Assembly (NCBI RefSeq): GCF_009914755.1
Contig: NC_060930.1
Length of the DNA: 64,000 bases
Origin: the human T2T-CHM13v2.0 reference genome, Homo sapiens
Strand: one strand, 5' to 3'
Shown here in pieces: positions 47,950 to 63,717 of this stretch. The number at the start of each line of letters is the position of its first letter. The stretch's first letter is position 1. The notes under the pieces were generated by a model that saw nothing but the letters and a program-made list of their open reading frames with translations, had not been told where the DNA came from and made no database searches. Made by a program: the position numbers and the translations under genes.

Positions 47950-50700
47950 CTGACAGCATGGAATAGAGAATTAGAAAAAGGACCGCCAAATTTACTCAAA
48001 GTAAGAAAAATGGAGAAAAAGAGCAGAAAATAATGAAATACAAAAAAAGAAAAGATAATGTCAAGGAAGCCAAACCTAGCTCTTTGAAAAGATTAATGAA
48101 ATAGACAAACGTCTGGTGAGACTGATCAAGAAACAATGAGAGAAGGCATGAATAGACAATATCAAAATAGAAAAGGGGCATAATTACAGATCTGGGAGGT
48201 ATTTATTTTTTCTTTTTAAATAGCCAAGTTCAAGAGGAAATATCTGGGAGATATTACAAAGGTAAGAGAAAAGTGTCCACAACTTTCTGCCTATGCATTA
48301 GAAAAATTAATGAAATGAACTAATTCCTAGAAATGCTTAAGTACCAAAATTCATTGAAGAAATAGGAAGCCTAGATCATACTACAGCAATAAAATAAAAT
48401 GAATGAGTGGTTAAATGCTTCACCACAAGAAAACATCAGCTAGATGGCTTTGAAGGCAAGCCCCACTAAACTTTCAGGCAGCAGATTTTTCAATCCTTTG
48501 CTAACACTTGTTTTTTTTTAAATTTATTTTATTATTATTATACTTTAAGTTTTAGGGTACATGTGCACAATGTGCAGGTTTGTTACATATGTATACACCC
48601 ATTAACTCATCATTTAACATTAGGTATATCTCATCATTTAACATTAGGTATATCTCCTAATGCTATCTCTCCCCTCTCCCCCCAACCCACAACAGTCCCT
48701 GATGTGTGATGTTCCCCTTCCTGTGTCCATGTGTTCTCATTGTTCAATTCCCACCTATGAGTGAGAACATGCGGTGTTTGGTTTTTTGTCCTTGCGATAG
48801 TTTGCTGAGAATGATGATTTCCAGTTTCATCCATGTCCCTACAAAGGACAAGAACTCATCATTTTTTATGGAATCAAAACAAGTGTTAGCATGGAATGCT
48901 AACACTTGTTTTGATTTCTGTGTTAATCCAAGTCCTCTGAGAAGCAAATGCCAAAGCAGAATTAAAAGTGCAATAATTTTATTGGGCAAAATTCTTGTGA
49001 TATAAAATGGTATGGAGCTGGGGAGAACTGTCAGAAAGGAAAGGAGAGGAAGAGAGGGGGCACAGAGGCATCCTAGACTCCTGGGCAGTCAAGGAGAGGT
49101 TTGGCAGAGTTGGAGGGCAGATGAATCACTCAGGAATGGACTATCTGAGTCTCCCTGCAAGCTCAGTCATCATCTGGGAGCAGCCCAAGGGAAGCAAGGC
49201 CTTGGGCACACACAGCAATGGCACTCAGAGTCCAGCCTCGGCTCTGGGTTAGTTTTGCTTCCTCTTGGTGATCTGTGTATACTCATAGCAGCCTCAATTC
49301 TAAAACCAGGAGTGGATGAGAAAGGAAACATAGAAGCCATTCCTATTTATTAATATAGATTTAAAAATTCTAAACACATACTAGAAAACCACATCCAACA
49401 ATAAATAAAAATGATAATGCTATGACCAAGTCAGGTTTGTCATACAAACTCAATAGTAGTTTAACGTTAGACAATCTATAAACATAATTAACCACACTAG
49501 CAGGTCAAATGAAGAAAAAATCTTAGCAAATGAGAAACATAAGGTATTTTCGTAACCTGATAAAGTGGCTGGTTAACAGTCTACAGCAATTATCATTTTT
49601 AATGATGAAATGTTATAATTATTCCATTTAAAATTAGGGCTAATGGAACGATGGTACACTCAATAAGGCTTCAACACTGTGCTGAAGTCCTAGCTAGTGT
49701 AGTTGGAGAAATACTGGAAAAGAAGAAGCAATACTATCATTATTAATATATAACATAATAGTTTGTGTAGAAAATAAAAAAGAATCTACAAAGTGTCAGG
49801 AATAATAAGACAAGTACACAAAAGTAAATTGCCTTGCTATGTGCCAGCAGCAACGACAAGAAAAACATAGTTTCATAAATATATCATTTAAAACAGTAAC
49901 AACAAATAAAAGATAGCTAACAATAAATCTAAGATTTGCAACACTTGTAAGCAGAAAATTTTTAAACTTTACTGAAAGATATTAGAGAATATTTAATTCA
50001 ATGTATAAACATATGATGCTCTTGAATAGGAAGATTTAACTTTACAAAGATGTTAATTATCTCCATATTGATTTAGAGGTTTAAAACAATTCCAATAAAA
50101 ATCCCAACTAGGTTTGGAGTTTCTAGGGGAATCTGAAAAATTAATATGTAAGAGCAAAGGCCTAAGAATAGCTAATACACAGAAGAAGGAGGAGGAGAAG
50201 GAAAGAGGAGGAGGAGGAAGAAAGAGGAAGAGAAAGAAAAAGTATACTTGCTCTGGCAGATACAAAGACTTATGATAAGGATACAGGTATTGACAGAATC
50301 ATGTTGATGTAGGGATTGAAAGCCAAAACAGGAAAGAGAGCTCAAAAACAGATGACATCTATTTCTATGGAAACGGAATTTAAGACAGAGAAAGAGTAAC
50401 AAATTACTGGGTAAAGAAGAGACAGTTTTCTTGCCATACACAACAGTTAAATCCTGACAAATTAACAACTTGAGTGTGAAAAGCAAATCTTTGAGACTTT
50501 TAGAGGCTTATGCATGTTCAGGCTCTGTGTAGTAAAGGATTTCTTAAACAAGATATTACCCATGCAAATCTAAAAGATAAATTTAGCTGTGTTAAACTCA
50601 AGAATTTCCTTTCATCTAAGGACACTAGAAAGATAGTAAAAGACATGTTGTCAACTGAAAGAATATATTTGCAACATTTATAACTGATAAAAATATTAGA
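47950..50700 (+). mobile_element. Old L1M ORF2 remnant (interrupted by L1PA, an ERVL/MaLR-type LTR at ~48920-49280, an Alu and L1MA; resumes at ~58375)
   Basis: Degenerate collinear ORF2 text (tctttgaaaagattaatgaaatagacaaac ... cctagctagtgtag ... atatttgcaacatttataactgataa). Confidence 0.65.
48515..48871 (-). mobile_element. Short 5'-truncated L1PA 3' end
   Basis: Antisense L1 3'UTR with poly(T); 16-bp TSD TGCTAACACTTGTTTT at 48499-48514 and 48897-48912. Confidence 0.93.
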
Positions 50701-50711
50701 GCAATACATGA

Positions 50712-51014
50712 TTTTTTTTTCTTTTTTGATGGAGTCTCGCTCTGTTGCCCAGACTGGAGTGCGGTGGCGTGATCTTGGCTTGCTGCAACCTCCGCCTCCT
50801 GGGTTCAAGAAATTCTCCCTGTCTCACCCGCCCCCCCGAGTAGCTTGGATTACATGCTCCTGCCACCATACCCAGCTAATTTTTTTATTTTTTAGTAGAG
50901 ACAGGGTTTCGCTATGTTGGCCAGGCTGGTCTTGAATGCCTGACCTCAGATGATCCACCCGCCTCGACCTCCCAAAATGCTGGGATTACAGGCATGAGCC
51001 ACTGCACTCAGCCA
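50712..51014 (-). mobile_element. AluS
   Basis: TSD agcaatacatgattt at 50700-50714 and 51018-51032. Confidence 0.94.
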
Positions 51015-54000
51015 GCAAGCAATACATGATTTGAGATGCCAGGCACTCATCCTCCACACAAGAAAGGATAAAGGCCATGAAAGAGAGCTAAGGTTTGACT
51101 GGAGGTCGAAGGGAGAGTGCTGGAGTGTAGTGTGGAGTCGACAGACACTTCTGAAGCCTTGTCTCCCCTTCCCAGATTATGCTGGCATGGAGTCTGGAAG
51201 GACTTCCAAATGTGGGGAAAGGAAAGCAGAAGATCCCAACCAGCCCCCATTGCCATTGCAAACACTAACAGCTTTTACTACAGAAGAATCCCATAGTCCT
51301 TGCAAGCCCTGAGCCCAGTTTGGAGAGCTGCCAGGAACTCACACAGTTGCATTGCTCCAGATTAGAAGTGCAAAGTGTGCACTCCCTTCCTCCCACCCAC
51401 TCCCTGTGAAGCTACTTTAGCATGGCACCACCTCTTGAGTTCATTCTACTCTGACAGCCAGCAGCCACTGGACTTTTCTAGCCCTGAGGCTTTGTCTTCA
51501 TTCCACCAAGCCCATACAGGTGGCTGAACACCACAACTCCAGCTGTGCAGATCCTGGGCCTAGGATCAGCTGTGATTCTAGTCCTGCACATTAGGGAAAC
51601 TAATCTCTGTGACCTCCACTTCCAGCAAGAGAAACAGTCTGGCAGTCCCCCCAAGGCAAACTTGCCCTTGAGCCAGTCAAACTTCTATGTGCCTTCCCCC
51701 AAGCAGGAAAGGTCCTCAAGCCACTAAGCAGCTGGCATGTCCCCAGGCTGGCAGGGTGTCTACATGCCCATACCCAGAGCCTGAGAAATAGCACAGGTAG
51801 TTCCTGGCCTGCCCAAAGGCCCTGTGCCCACAAGCAGGGCCTGAGTAACAGTCTTGTAGGTTGCCCCTGGCAGACACATCCCCAGGCAGAGAACCCCCAG
51901 GCCAATTGAGCAGACTGGTACCTGTGTTCTGGTCTTGAGAAACATCCTCATGGGCCATACCTGGTAGACACCTCCAGGCTGGCTGTGAAACCACATGCCT
52001 GTGCCCCCAGCCGGAATAACATCACTGTGGCCCCAACCTCAGCAAGCTGACCCAAGTTGGCTGACACACTGCGTATGTGCACATGCCCACAACCTGAGAA
52101 ACAGCCCAGTGAGCCCACACCTGGCAAAGTTAAACTGCCAACACAAATGGTCATAGCCTAGGCCACTGAGACACTCATAAACATCACTGGTGTGGATTAT
52201 AGCTGAAGAAAATACATATAAACAATAGTATTGTGTCCACCTAGAACCAAAGCCAATGCACTCCACCAAATTGACATCCCAAGACCCACCCATATGAGTA
52301 AGTCTTTTTCTACAAAGTGCACTCCATAAAATTGGAAGAGGTGAATTTTCCACCAGATGCATAGACATCAATGTAGGTATACATCAAACATGAAAAAGCA
52401 AAGAAACATGACACCTCCAAAAGAACAAAATAATTCTCCAGTAACAGACCCTAATCATAAGAAGATATACAAAATTCCAGAAATGAAATTCAAGATAAGA
52501 ATCTTAAGGAAACACAGTGAGATACAAGTGAACACAGACAATTCTAAAAAACTAGGAAAACCATTCATTATTTAAAAGAGAAGTTCAACAAAGACACAGA
52601 AATAATAACAAAGAACCAAACAGAAATTCTAGAGCCAAAAGAACACAGTGAATGAATTAAGAAATACAATCAAGAGCTTCGACAACACATTAGGCCAAGC
52701 AGAAGAAAGAATTTCTGAACTTCAAAACAGGCTTTAAAAAATATCACAGGCAGACAAAAAATAATAAAAAGTAAAAAGGAATGAAGAAAATCCATAGGAT
52801 TTATGGGACACCAGTAGGTAAACAGATGTTCACCTTAGAGTGTTCCAGAAGAAGAGATTGGAAAAGGTATATAAAACATATTTAATAAAATAATAACTGA
52901 AAAATTACCAAGTCTTGAGAGAGAGATGGACATCCAGATTCAGGTTGCCCAAAGAACCCTAAACAGATTCAACCCAAACAGGTCCTCTCCAAGGAACACT
53001 ATATTCAAATTGGTAAAATGTAGAGACATAGAAAGAATTCTAAAAAGCGCAAAAGTGTCAAATTATTTATAAGGAAATAACATTAGACTAACAGTGGATT
53101 TCTTGGCAGAAACCTTACAGGCCAGGAAAGGATGGGATGATATATTCAAAGTACTGAATGAAAAGAAAAAAAACCTTCCAACTTAGAGTATTATACCCAG
53201 CAAAGCTATTCTTCAGAAATGAAGGATAAATAATATCTTTCAAAACAAATAAAAACTAAAGGGATTCTTCACCACTAGACTAACCTTACAAGAAATGCTC
53301 AAGGGAGTCCTACATCTGGAAGTGGAAAATTGTTAACTACCATTATAAAAACATGCAAAACTATAAAACTCACTGGTAGAGCCAATAAACAAAGGAGAAA
53401 GAAAAAAAGGGATTAAAACCTTATCACTACAGAAAACTGCTCAACCACAAAAATAAGCAAAAAGGGAAGAAGGAACAAAAGGTGTACAAACAACCAGAAA
53501 AAATTTGATAAAATGACAGGAGAAAGTCCTTGTGTATCAATAGTAACCTTGACTATAAATAGATTAAATTTCCCATTTAAGAGTTATAGACTGGCTGAAT
53601 GCTTTAAAAAAAACTCAAAAAAACAAAAACAACAACAAAAAAGGCAAGACCCAAGTCTATGCTGCCTACAAGAAACTCACCTTATCTGTAAAGACACACA
53701 TAAACTGAAAGTGAAGGAATTGAAAAAGATATTTCACACAAACAGAAACCAAAACCAAGCAGTAATAGCTATATTTATGTCAGACAAAACCAACTTCAAG
53801 TCAAAAGCTGGAAAATGAGATAATTAAGTATACTAATAATAAAGGAATCAATTCAGCAAAAGAATATAACAATTATAAATATATATGCACCCAACATGGA
53901 AGCACCTAGATATATACAACAAATATTAGATCAAAAGGGAGACATAAAACTCAATACAATAATAGCTGACAACTTCAGCACTTCACTGTCAGCATTGGAC

Positions 54001-55367
54001 AGATCATCTAGACAGAAAAATCAACAAGGAAATATCAGACATTTACAGAACATTTCACCCAATAGCTGCAGACACACATTCTTTTCATCAGCACATGGAA
54101 AATTTTGCAGAATTCACCATATGTTAGGACACAAAACAAGTCTCAAAAAGTTTTTAAATATCAAAATTATATCAAGTACCTTATCAGACTACAATATAAT
54201 AAAACCAGAAATCAATACAAAGAAAAACGTTCAAAACTGTATAAATGCCTGGAAATTAAAAAAAAAAAAACATGCTCCTGAATGACCAATAGGTGAAGAA
54301 AGAAATTAATAATGAAATTAAGAATCCCTTGAAACAAATGAAAATAGAAACACAACATAAAAAATTCTATAGCACACAGCAAAAGCAGTATTGAGTCAAC
54401 TTTATAGCAATAAATGCCTACATTTAAAAAGTAGAAAGATTTCAAATAACCTAAAGATGCCTCTCAAGGAATAAGAAAAGCAAGAACAAATCAAACTCAA
54501 AATTGGTAGAAGGAAAGAAATAATAAAGATCAAAGTAGAAATAAACAACATTGAGACTAAAAAAATACAAAATATCAATGAATAAAAAGTTTTTTTTAAA
54601 GTTAAACAAGATTGATAAATCATTATCTGAACTAAGGAAAAAAGAGAGAAAACCCAACTAAATAAAATTAGAAACAAGAAAGGGGAATACAAAAGATCAT
54701 TAGAGACTACTATGAACAACTACATGCCAATACATTTGAAAACCTAGAGGAAATGGATAAATTCCTAGAAGCAAACAATCTACCAAGACTGAACCAAGAA
54801 TAAATAGAAAACTTGAACACAGCAATAACAAGTAACAAGATTAAATAAAAAGTCTCCCAACAGAAACAAGTCTAGGACCAGATGGCTTCACCACTGAATT
54901 CTGCCCAATCTTTAAAGAAGAATTAATACCAATTCTTCTCAAACTATTCTTAAAAATGGAAAAGAAAAGAACCCTTTCTAACTTATTCTATTAGGCCAGC
55001 CTACCCCTGATACCAAAATCAGACAAAGACATTACATAAAAAGGAAAATACAGGCCAATATCCCTGATGAACATAGATGTAAAAATCATTAAAAAAAAAT
55101 ACTAGCAAACTCAATCCAACACTACATCAGAAAGATAATACACCATGAACAAATGGGATTTATCCCAAGAATGCAAGGATGGTTTAACATACACAAATCA
55201 ATAAATGTGATAAATCACATCAACAGAATGAAGGACAAAACCCACGTGATCATCTCAATGGATGCAAAAAAAGCATTTGGTAATAGTTAACATCCCTTCA
55301 TGATAAAAACTCTCAATAAATTTGGTATAGAAGGAAAGTTCCTGAACACAATAAAGACCCTATATGA

Positions 55368-55788
<421 letters not shown>

Positions 55789-57261
55789 TCTTTTTCTTTT
55801 TACTTTTTCACCTTTATTTCCACAGGTGTTGATACAACCCTTTCAACATAGTACTGGAAGTCCTAGCCAGAGCAATTGGTCAAGAGAAAGAAATAAAGAT
55901 CATCTAAATTGTAAGAGAGGAAGTCAAATTGTCCCTGCTTGCAGGTGACAGATCTTATATATATAAAAACCTGAAAACTCCACCAAAACGTCTTAGAACT
56001 AATAAATGAATTCAGTAAAGTTGCAAGATACAAAATCAACATACAAAACTCAGTAGTATTTCTCTACACTAATTACAAACTAGCTGAAAAAGAAATCAAG
56101 ACAGCAATCTCATTTACTATAGCTATAAAAAATGAGACACCTGGAAATAAATCTAACCAAGGAGGTGAAAGACCTCTACAAGGAAACCTATAAAACATTG
56201 ATGAAATAAATTGAAAAGGTTACAAACAAATGGAAAGATATCCCATACTCATGGATAGAAATAATTAATATCATTAACATGATCATATGACCCAAAGCCA
56301 CCTAAAGATCCAATAAAATCCCCACCAAATTACCAATGAAATTCTTACAGAAAGAAAAAAAAAACTATCTTAAAATTTGTATGGAACTCAAAAGACCCCA
56401 AATAGCCAAAGCAATTCTAAGCAAAAAGAACAAAGCTAGAGGCATCACCCTGCCAGACCTCAAAATATGCTACAAAGCTGTAGTATGTTTAATGAAGACA
56501 GCACGGTACTGGCATAAAAACAGACACAAAGGCCAATGGAACAGAATAGAGGATCCAGAAATTAATTCATGTGTCTATAGACAACTGATTTTTGACAAAG
56601 TTGCTAAGAATACACAATGGTGTAAAGACAGTTTCTTCAATAAATGGTGCTGGGAAAACTGGATATCCATATGCAGAAGAATGGAACTAGACTCCTGCCT
56701 CTCACCCTATATAAAAATCGACTCAAAATGCTTAAAGACCTAAATATGACACCCAAAAGTACAAAACTACTAGAAGAAAACATAGGGGAAATATTTCAGG
56801 ATATTGGTCTGGGAAACAATTTTATAAATACAACCTCAAAAACACAGGCAACAAAAGCAAAAATAAACCAACTGGATTATAACAAACCAAATGGCTTCTG
56901 TACAGCAAAGGAAACAATCAACAGAGTGAAAAGACAATCTACAGAATGGGAGAAAGTATTTACAAACTATTCACCTGACAGGGCATTATATCCAGAATAT
57001 AAAAGGAACTTAAATAACTCAACAGCAAAAAATGCTCAATCTGATTAGAAAAGGGGCAAATGATCTGTGCAGATATTTATCAAAATAAAGACATATAAAT
57101 GGCCAATAAATATAAGAAAAAATGCTCAGCATCATTTAATCATTAGGGAAATGAAAATCAAAATCACAATGAGGTTAATACCTCATCCCAGTTAGAATAG
57201 CTGTTATCAAAAAGACAAAAACAAAAAACAAAACAAACAAATAAAAAACAAATACTGGTGA

Positions 57262-57579
<318 letters not shown>

Positions 57580-58995
57580 GAGGGAATTCTTATACACTGT
57601 TGGTGGGAATGTAAACTAGTATAGCTACTATGGAGAACAGTTGGAAATATTTCACAAAACTGCAGATAAAACTACAATATGATTCAGCAATCCCACAACT
57701 GGTCATTTATCCAAAGGATAGGAAATTGGTGTATCAGAGACATCTGCAACCACCACCCTCCCCACTGCCCATGTTTATTGCAGCACTAATAGCAATAGCC
57801 AAGATATAGAATCTACCTAGGTGTCTATCATCAGATGAATGGATAAACAAAATGTGATAAATATACACCATGGAATACTATTTGCCATAAAAAATGAAAT
57901 CTTGTCATTCATGGCAATATGAATGGAACTGGGGGACATTATGTTAAGTGAAATAAGCCAGGAACAGAAAGTTAAATACTACAAGTTCTCACTCATCTGT
58001 GCAAGCTAAACATTGATCTCATAGAAGTAAAAAGTAGAACAGAGGATACTAGAGGCTGGGAAGGGTGTGGGGAAGAGAGGGTTAGGGAGAGATTTGTTAA
58101 ATGACACAAACTTACAGCTAGGTAGGAGGAATAGGTTCTAGTATTCTATACCACTATAGGATGAATATAATTAACAATAATGCATAGTTTCAAATAGCTA
58201 GAAGTAGGGTATTGAATGTTCCCAACACAAAGAAATGATGAACATTTGAGATGATGGACATGCTGATTACCCTAATCAGATCACTATACATTATGTGTTT
58301 CAAAACATCACTATGTATGCCATAAATATGTACAGTTACTATATGTCAATTAAAAAATTAAAATTAAAAAAGGAAGAAACTAAAACCCCGATGAAAAAAC
58401 TGCCAAAACACTTAGGCAAGCATTTCACAGAAAAGAGAATACAAATGGCAAATATGCCCGTGAAAAGATGCTTAACCTCCTTACTAATCAAGGACAGGAA
58501 AATTAAGGCCACAGTGAGATTAAAAATGTTATATTCACTAATTGGTAAAAAGTAAGAAATATGAAAATATAAAATTGGTATAATAATACCAAATATTAAT
58601 GAAGATGTAAATTGACAGGACATTTTTGATGCTGCAGATGGGAGTGTAAATTGATACACTTTAAAAAATAATTGAGAATTCTATTGTAATGGTGAACATT
58701 CCCACATCTTATGATTAAGTAAATTCTGTTTCTAAGTGTGTGCTGTATAGAAATTTGTATACAAGCCCTGGGACATCACAAGAATGTTTAGAATTGCATT
58801 GTTTGTAAAGCCCCCAAGCTGAAAACAACTTGAATTTCAATCAGTAGGAGAGTGGACATATAAATTGTACTAAAAAGAATCACATGCTGGTTTCACAGTG
58901 AAACTTCCTGTGGCAGTGTAATGAGTAACTAGTGCTCTCTGCAACAATGCACATAAAACACGGACAGTGTTTGGCCTCAGGAGCAGGACTGCAGC

Positions 58996-59085
58996 TGGTG
59001 GATAACATTCTGGCTTCTCATTCTCATTCTTTAAATGAGATAAATGGTGGATAACACTGTGGCTTCTCATTCTCATTCTTTAAAT
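58996..59085. repeat. Two-copy 49-bp-period tandem duplication within an LTR16-like fragment
   Basis: tggtggataaca(ttc/ctg)tggcttctcattctcattctttaaat at 58996 and 59045. Confidence 0.85.
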
Positions 59086-60105
59086 AGACAATTCAGGATG
59101 TGTTCTATCTGTTTCTCGTGGTAGAATTCCCTCACTAGTGACCATGATGAATGCCCTTCAGTGAGTTTCTCTCCTTCCCCTCTCACTTTCCCTGATCTCT
59201 CACTCCTGGTTCCTGGGGTTACTTCCTCAATAAACCACGTTTGCCCCATAACAGTGAGTAAAAAGGCACTTCAGAGAAGACTATAGTACAATGTATTATT
59301 TTTATAAATTTCAAAAACATGTTTATTTAGCCAGCAGAAGGGGAAGAACCACTGACATATACAACAACATACATGACAAATCTCACAATAATTATGCTGA
59401 GCGATAAGAAAGTCTGACTGGTTTCATTTCATTTTCCAGAAAATGCAAATTAGTTTACATTAAAATAAAGCTGATCAGTGGTTTCCTGAGGGGCACAATG
59501 GGGAGGTGTGAGTGGGATTATCAAGGGGCATTCAGAAGCTTTTGGGGATGATGGATATAAATTCATTATCTCGATTATGGTGATGATTTTACAAGTATGT
59601 AAACACACCAGAACTTACCAAAGTGTATACTTTAAATAGGTATATTGAATTACTGTATGTGAATTATACCTTACTAAAGCTGTTTAAAAAGCTAAGTAAA
59701 ACTAAAATATATTTCATTTAGAGATACATATGTATGTGCATGCTTGTGTGTGTGTATGCGATAAAAATAAAAAGCAAGGACATAATACAGACAAAACTGG
59801 AACAGTCTTCCCTTTGGTGTGGTGAGGGGGCTGGGTAAGGGATGAGTTAAGGAAAAAAAGATTTATTGGTGGCCTGTGTGTCACATATATGCTTGTGTAT
59901 GCATCAAATGCTACCTAATACATATTTCAAAGAAATACACACTCTAAAGAAAATTGGGAAAATGCAAAAATTATAAAGAAGAAAACTAGAAATTATCCCT
60001 ACCTGAAATCTTACCTCCATTTCCATTTTAACCATTTTGGATGAAACTGTTTCCAAGATGTCTTATACGTTTTCTTGCTTTTTGAAAGAGTACTTTAAAT
60101 GTACT

Positions 60106-60520
60106 TATTAGTCTGTTCTTGCATTGCTATAAAGAAATATCTGAGACTGGGTAATTTATAAAGAAAATAAATTTAATTGGCTCACAGTTCTGCAGGCTAT
60201 ACAGGAAGCATAGCAGCATCTGCTTCTGGGGAGGCCTCAGGGAGCGTACACTCAGGTGGAAGGTGAAGGGGAAGTGGGCATGTCACATGGCAAAAGTAAG
60301 AGCAAGAGAGTGAGGTGGGGAGGTGCCACACACTTTTAAATGACCAGATCTCATGAGAACTCACTCACTAAGGCAAGGACAGCACCAAGTGGATGGCTCT
60401 AAACCATTCATGAGAAATCCGCCCCCATGGCCCAATCATCTCCCACCAGGCCCCACATCCGACAGGGGAGGTTACATTTCAACATGAGATTTGCAGGGGA
60501 CACACATCCAAACTGTATCA
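60106..60520 (-). mobile_element. MSTA-type MaLR solo LTR
   Basis: tattagtctgttcttgcattgctataaagaaata...catccaaactgtatca; TSD GTACT at 60101-60105 and 60521-60525. Confidence 0.9.
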
Positions 60521-63500
60521 GTACTTGAACCTATTTTTATGTTTTCTGATTATTTTTGGTACCAAAGTTACTGTATCGTGCTCTGCGATACTGGTGATCT
60601 CAGGACCTGTAGACCTCCAGATGTTTGCTCCTATACTAAATGTCCCAAAGCTGCAGAGCATTTAGGGTTAGTTTCCAGTTTGTTTGTTTTCTGTTAGATT
60701 ATTATGGAATCATTCTCATCACTAGACTTGTCTTAAATTCCTCGTTTGACCTCTTGCCCCACATCTAATCACATTATTTTGTTTTCCTTCCTAGGTCTGT
60801 TTCTCATTTATTTGCTTCTCTCCACCCACCCCACCTCCTGTTGCCCCTCATTCCCTCCCCACCTCTCTTCCCACAGTGCCAAGGCTGTGCAGTCCCGGCT
60901 TGCCTCCCTCCTTTCCACCTTCTGTTCCCCACCTCCAGCATGCACCCTGTCCCTCAGCCACAAGGGTGTTCCCCCAAACCTGTCCTGGCGACATTCTCCA
61001 GTGCTGCTATCTCTGTAGGGAACATGCTTTCTCCTACCTTTCCTGTCTGCCTGGAAAATCTTGTTGATTTCTAGAATTGCAGCTAAATGTCAGCTCCCCA
61101 AGGAAATGTGTACCAACTCAGCAGGCAGGACTGAGCTCTGACTCTGAGAGCCCAAGGCTCTTTCTTCCTGTTCCCAGGGCACATCGATGGTACTGCCCAA
61201 TTCCTTGCCTCTATCCCCCTTGTGAAAACAAAACCCTGTCCGTCTTGCTTATCTTGTTGCGGTGCCTAGTGCAATGCTGGGGTTACTATTCCAACATCCA
61301 GGATTATTGAATAGAAAAGACCAACACCAACTCTTGCCACCATGCTGTGGTCGTAGTCTGATGTTCTAGTGACATTGCTCACACAGTGCAGTTCTGGTTA
61401 CAGCAGTGTAATGTGTTGTGTTGGAATTGTGGTCTTATGAGACTGTGTGGCCCAGAAGGTCAACAGCTGTGCTTCACAGCTCCTGGTGTCTCTAAGCCTG
61501 ACATAAAAATAGTTACTGGACATCTGTTTTTTTGGGTAAATAGCTTATGATATTCCTGGAGATGAGAGATGGCTTAGAAAATGGGCAAGCAAAATATGAA
61601 TATGGAATTTTTCAGAATTCTTCTTATCAAGATCTAAATAGGCATTTTAAACGTCTGCAGCAATATTCCAGTGAGAAATGGTGTTCACGGGAAACCCTCA
61701 GGACAGCTAAATGGCAATGTCTGGAGACGGGAAGAGAGTTCAGGGCTCAAGTCATTGATGTGAGAATCACAGCGGGTACCTAGTGTGGAGAGTCACAGCT
61801 TTTTAGGAGCCTCTGGGCACACAAGTGCTTCAAATGATTTAAGGCCCCAGGGCTCTCTAGACCATAACTCCTGGTTTCACAACATGGCTCGGTTAGTTTC
61901 CAGGATAGTGTCCTCTACTCCCATGCTGCACTCTGTGGCAGAGTCCTCAGATTCTGGGTGGTGGTGCCTGTGTCTTTTGATGAGAAGCTCAGGGGAGACT
62001 GCTTGGTGTCACAGGAAAAGGGCTATGGACTAGCCAGGAAGGTGGGCTATGGACTAGGTGGGAAGAGGATAGAGTTTCCTGGGAACAAGGGAACCTGGGA
62101 GATGGGCGCCTCAGTTTTGTCAGGACTAGTCCTTGTGGAAGGAGTGACGTTGTGTGCTCTGTGACTGAGGAAAAGCATTAATGGCACAAGATTTATTATA
62201 TTCTAGACTAGCCAGGGAAGGTATAGAATGAGGCAACATTGATGTCACAGAAACCTGAAAATTCCAGCAGCTGGAGAGGGAATGGACAAGGACAGCCTCT
62301 TATTCCACATCTTCCTGCCTCAAAGAATTGTTGTCAAAGACATCAGAATGTCAACTTGAGCCCAAGACCACTTTGTCTGATGATGTGAAGTGGAGTCAAA
62401 CTGTTTTGGAAAAGATGTCTTTGCCAAGTCACTTTTGATTCCAGAACTTAATGGAGGGCACTCAGGCTGACCTGAGTCCTTGTTTTAGAATCCTTGCTAA
62501 GCATGGATCTCATGTTAAAATTTGCCAAACAGAGAAAGAGAAGAGAGTTTTATTCTTGGGGTTTCGTCAGGGTGGAGTTTTATATATGTGGTTCTCTTCA
62601 AAGAGGCTCGTGTGAGGGAAATAAAAACAATTGTATGTTTTGTTTAAAATATCAGCATTGAGCTTAGGAGAAGCTCACAAAACCAGATTCTACTTAGTCA
62701 TCTGGCAGGACCACCCCTCCCTCTGCAAAATCAGCTGACCAGCCCACACCTCCTGCTAGGTGGTCACATTCTAGCGTGCTCAGCCACCCACATCTACCAA
62801 TTGAGTTACAGGCTGACCAAGAGTAGGTTGGATTTGTTCCCAGATGTATTTTATTTTCTCATTAAACTTGGTATTGAAATTGCCCAACTTTACTACTTAT
62901 GTAACCTGATGAAATGTGAATGTGAAAATGAGTTACTTTTTTATTGTATTTAATGTAAATTAAATGCTTTCTTAATATTCCATAAATGTTAATCACTAAA
63001 AATATCATTTAATTAAATGTGAGTGAATCAAATGTAAAAAAAAGTGTTATACAAATCTGGGATTTGGGATTCAGAATGTTTCAGAATGTTTTCAGTTCTA
63101 GCTCTACTTTAAAGAAACCAGAATTGCAAATCATAAACAATACATTCTGAATGTGGTATATGCGAGAAAGAGCACATGGAACTCTTACCAGAAGACCCAC
63201 ATTTAAAGAAAAAATCTGTGTCCTTCATCAAAGACAAATAAATATGCCTTTTAGAAAATTTTAGGTTAAATTCAAATAATATTGTTTTTGATAAATGGGC
63301 ATTGGATCCGAGGGATTCTCCTGAGCTAGTCATGAGTAGTCTGTTGACCTTCCATTTGTAAGTCACCTCCAAGACCTCAAGAGCAAGGGGGCTGCTGGGA
63401 GTTCCACACCCTGAACACACCCCAGGCCCTGGGACCTAGGGAGATGGGCAGCACAGCCTTATCGCAGGGATATGGGGAGGGACCTCCCGGGTCACATTCA

Positions 63501-63717
63501 GAGTGCTGAGCACTGCCCACATTCCAGGAATGTTCATTTTTATTTTTCTTTCCAAATTGCCCCCTGGCTACTTGCCTGCATACAAAAAAATGATGTTTAA
63601 TTCCAGGCACATAGAAAAAGAAATGCAGGTTTTAGAATGTCAAAGGCACTGCCTTCTCTGTTCATGTTTTTTTTTTTATTCCAATGTTTCTTCAGGTTAT
63701 AGAGATGGAATATTACC

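Noticed and set aside
62020-62057. 14-bp direct repeat gggctatggactag
   Set aside because: Two-copy local slippage duplication with no further structure.
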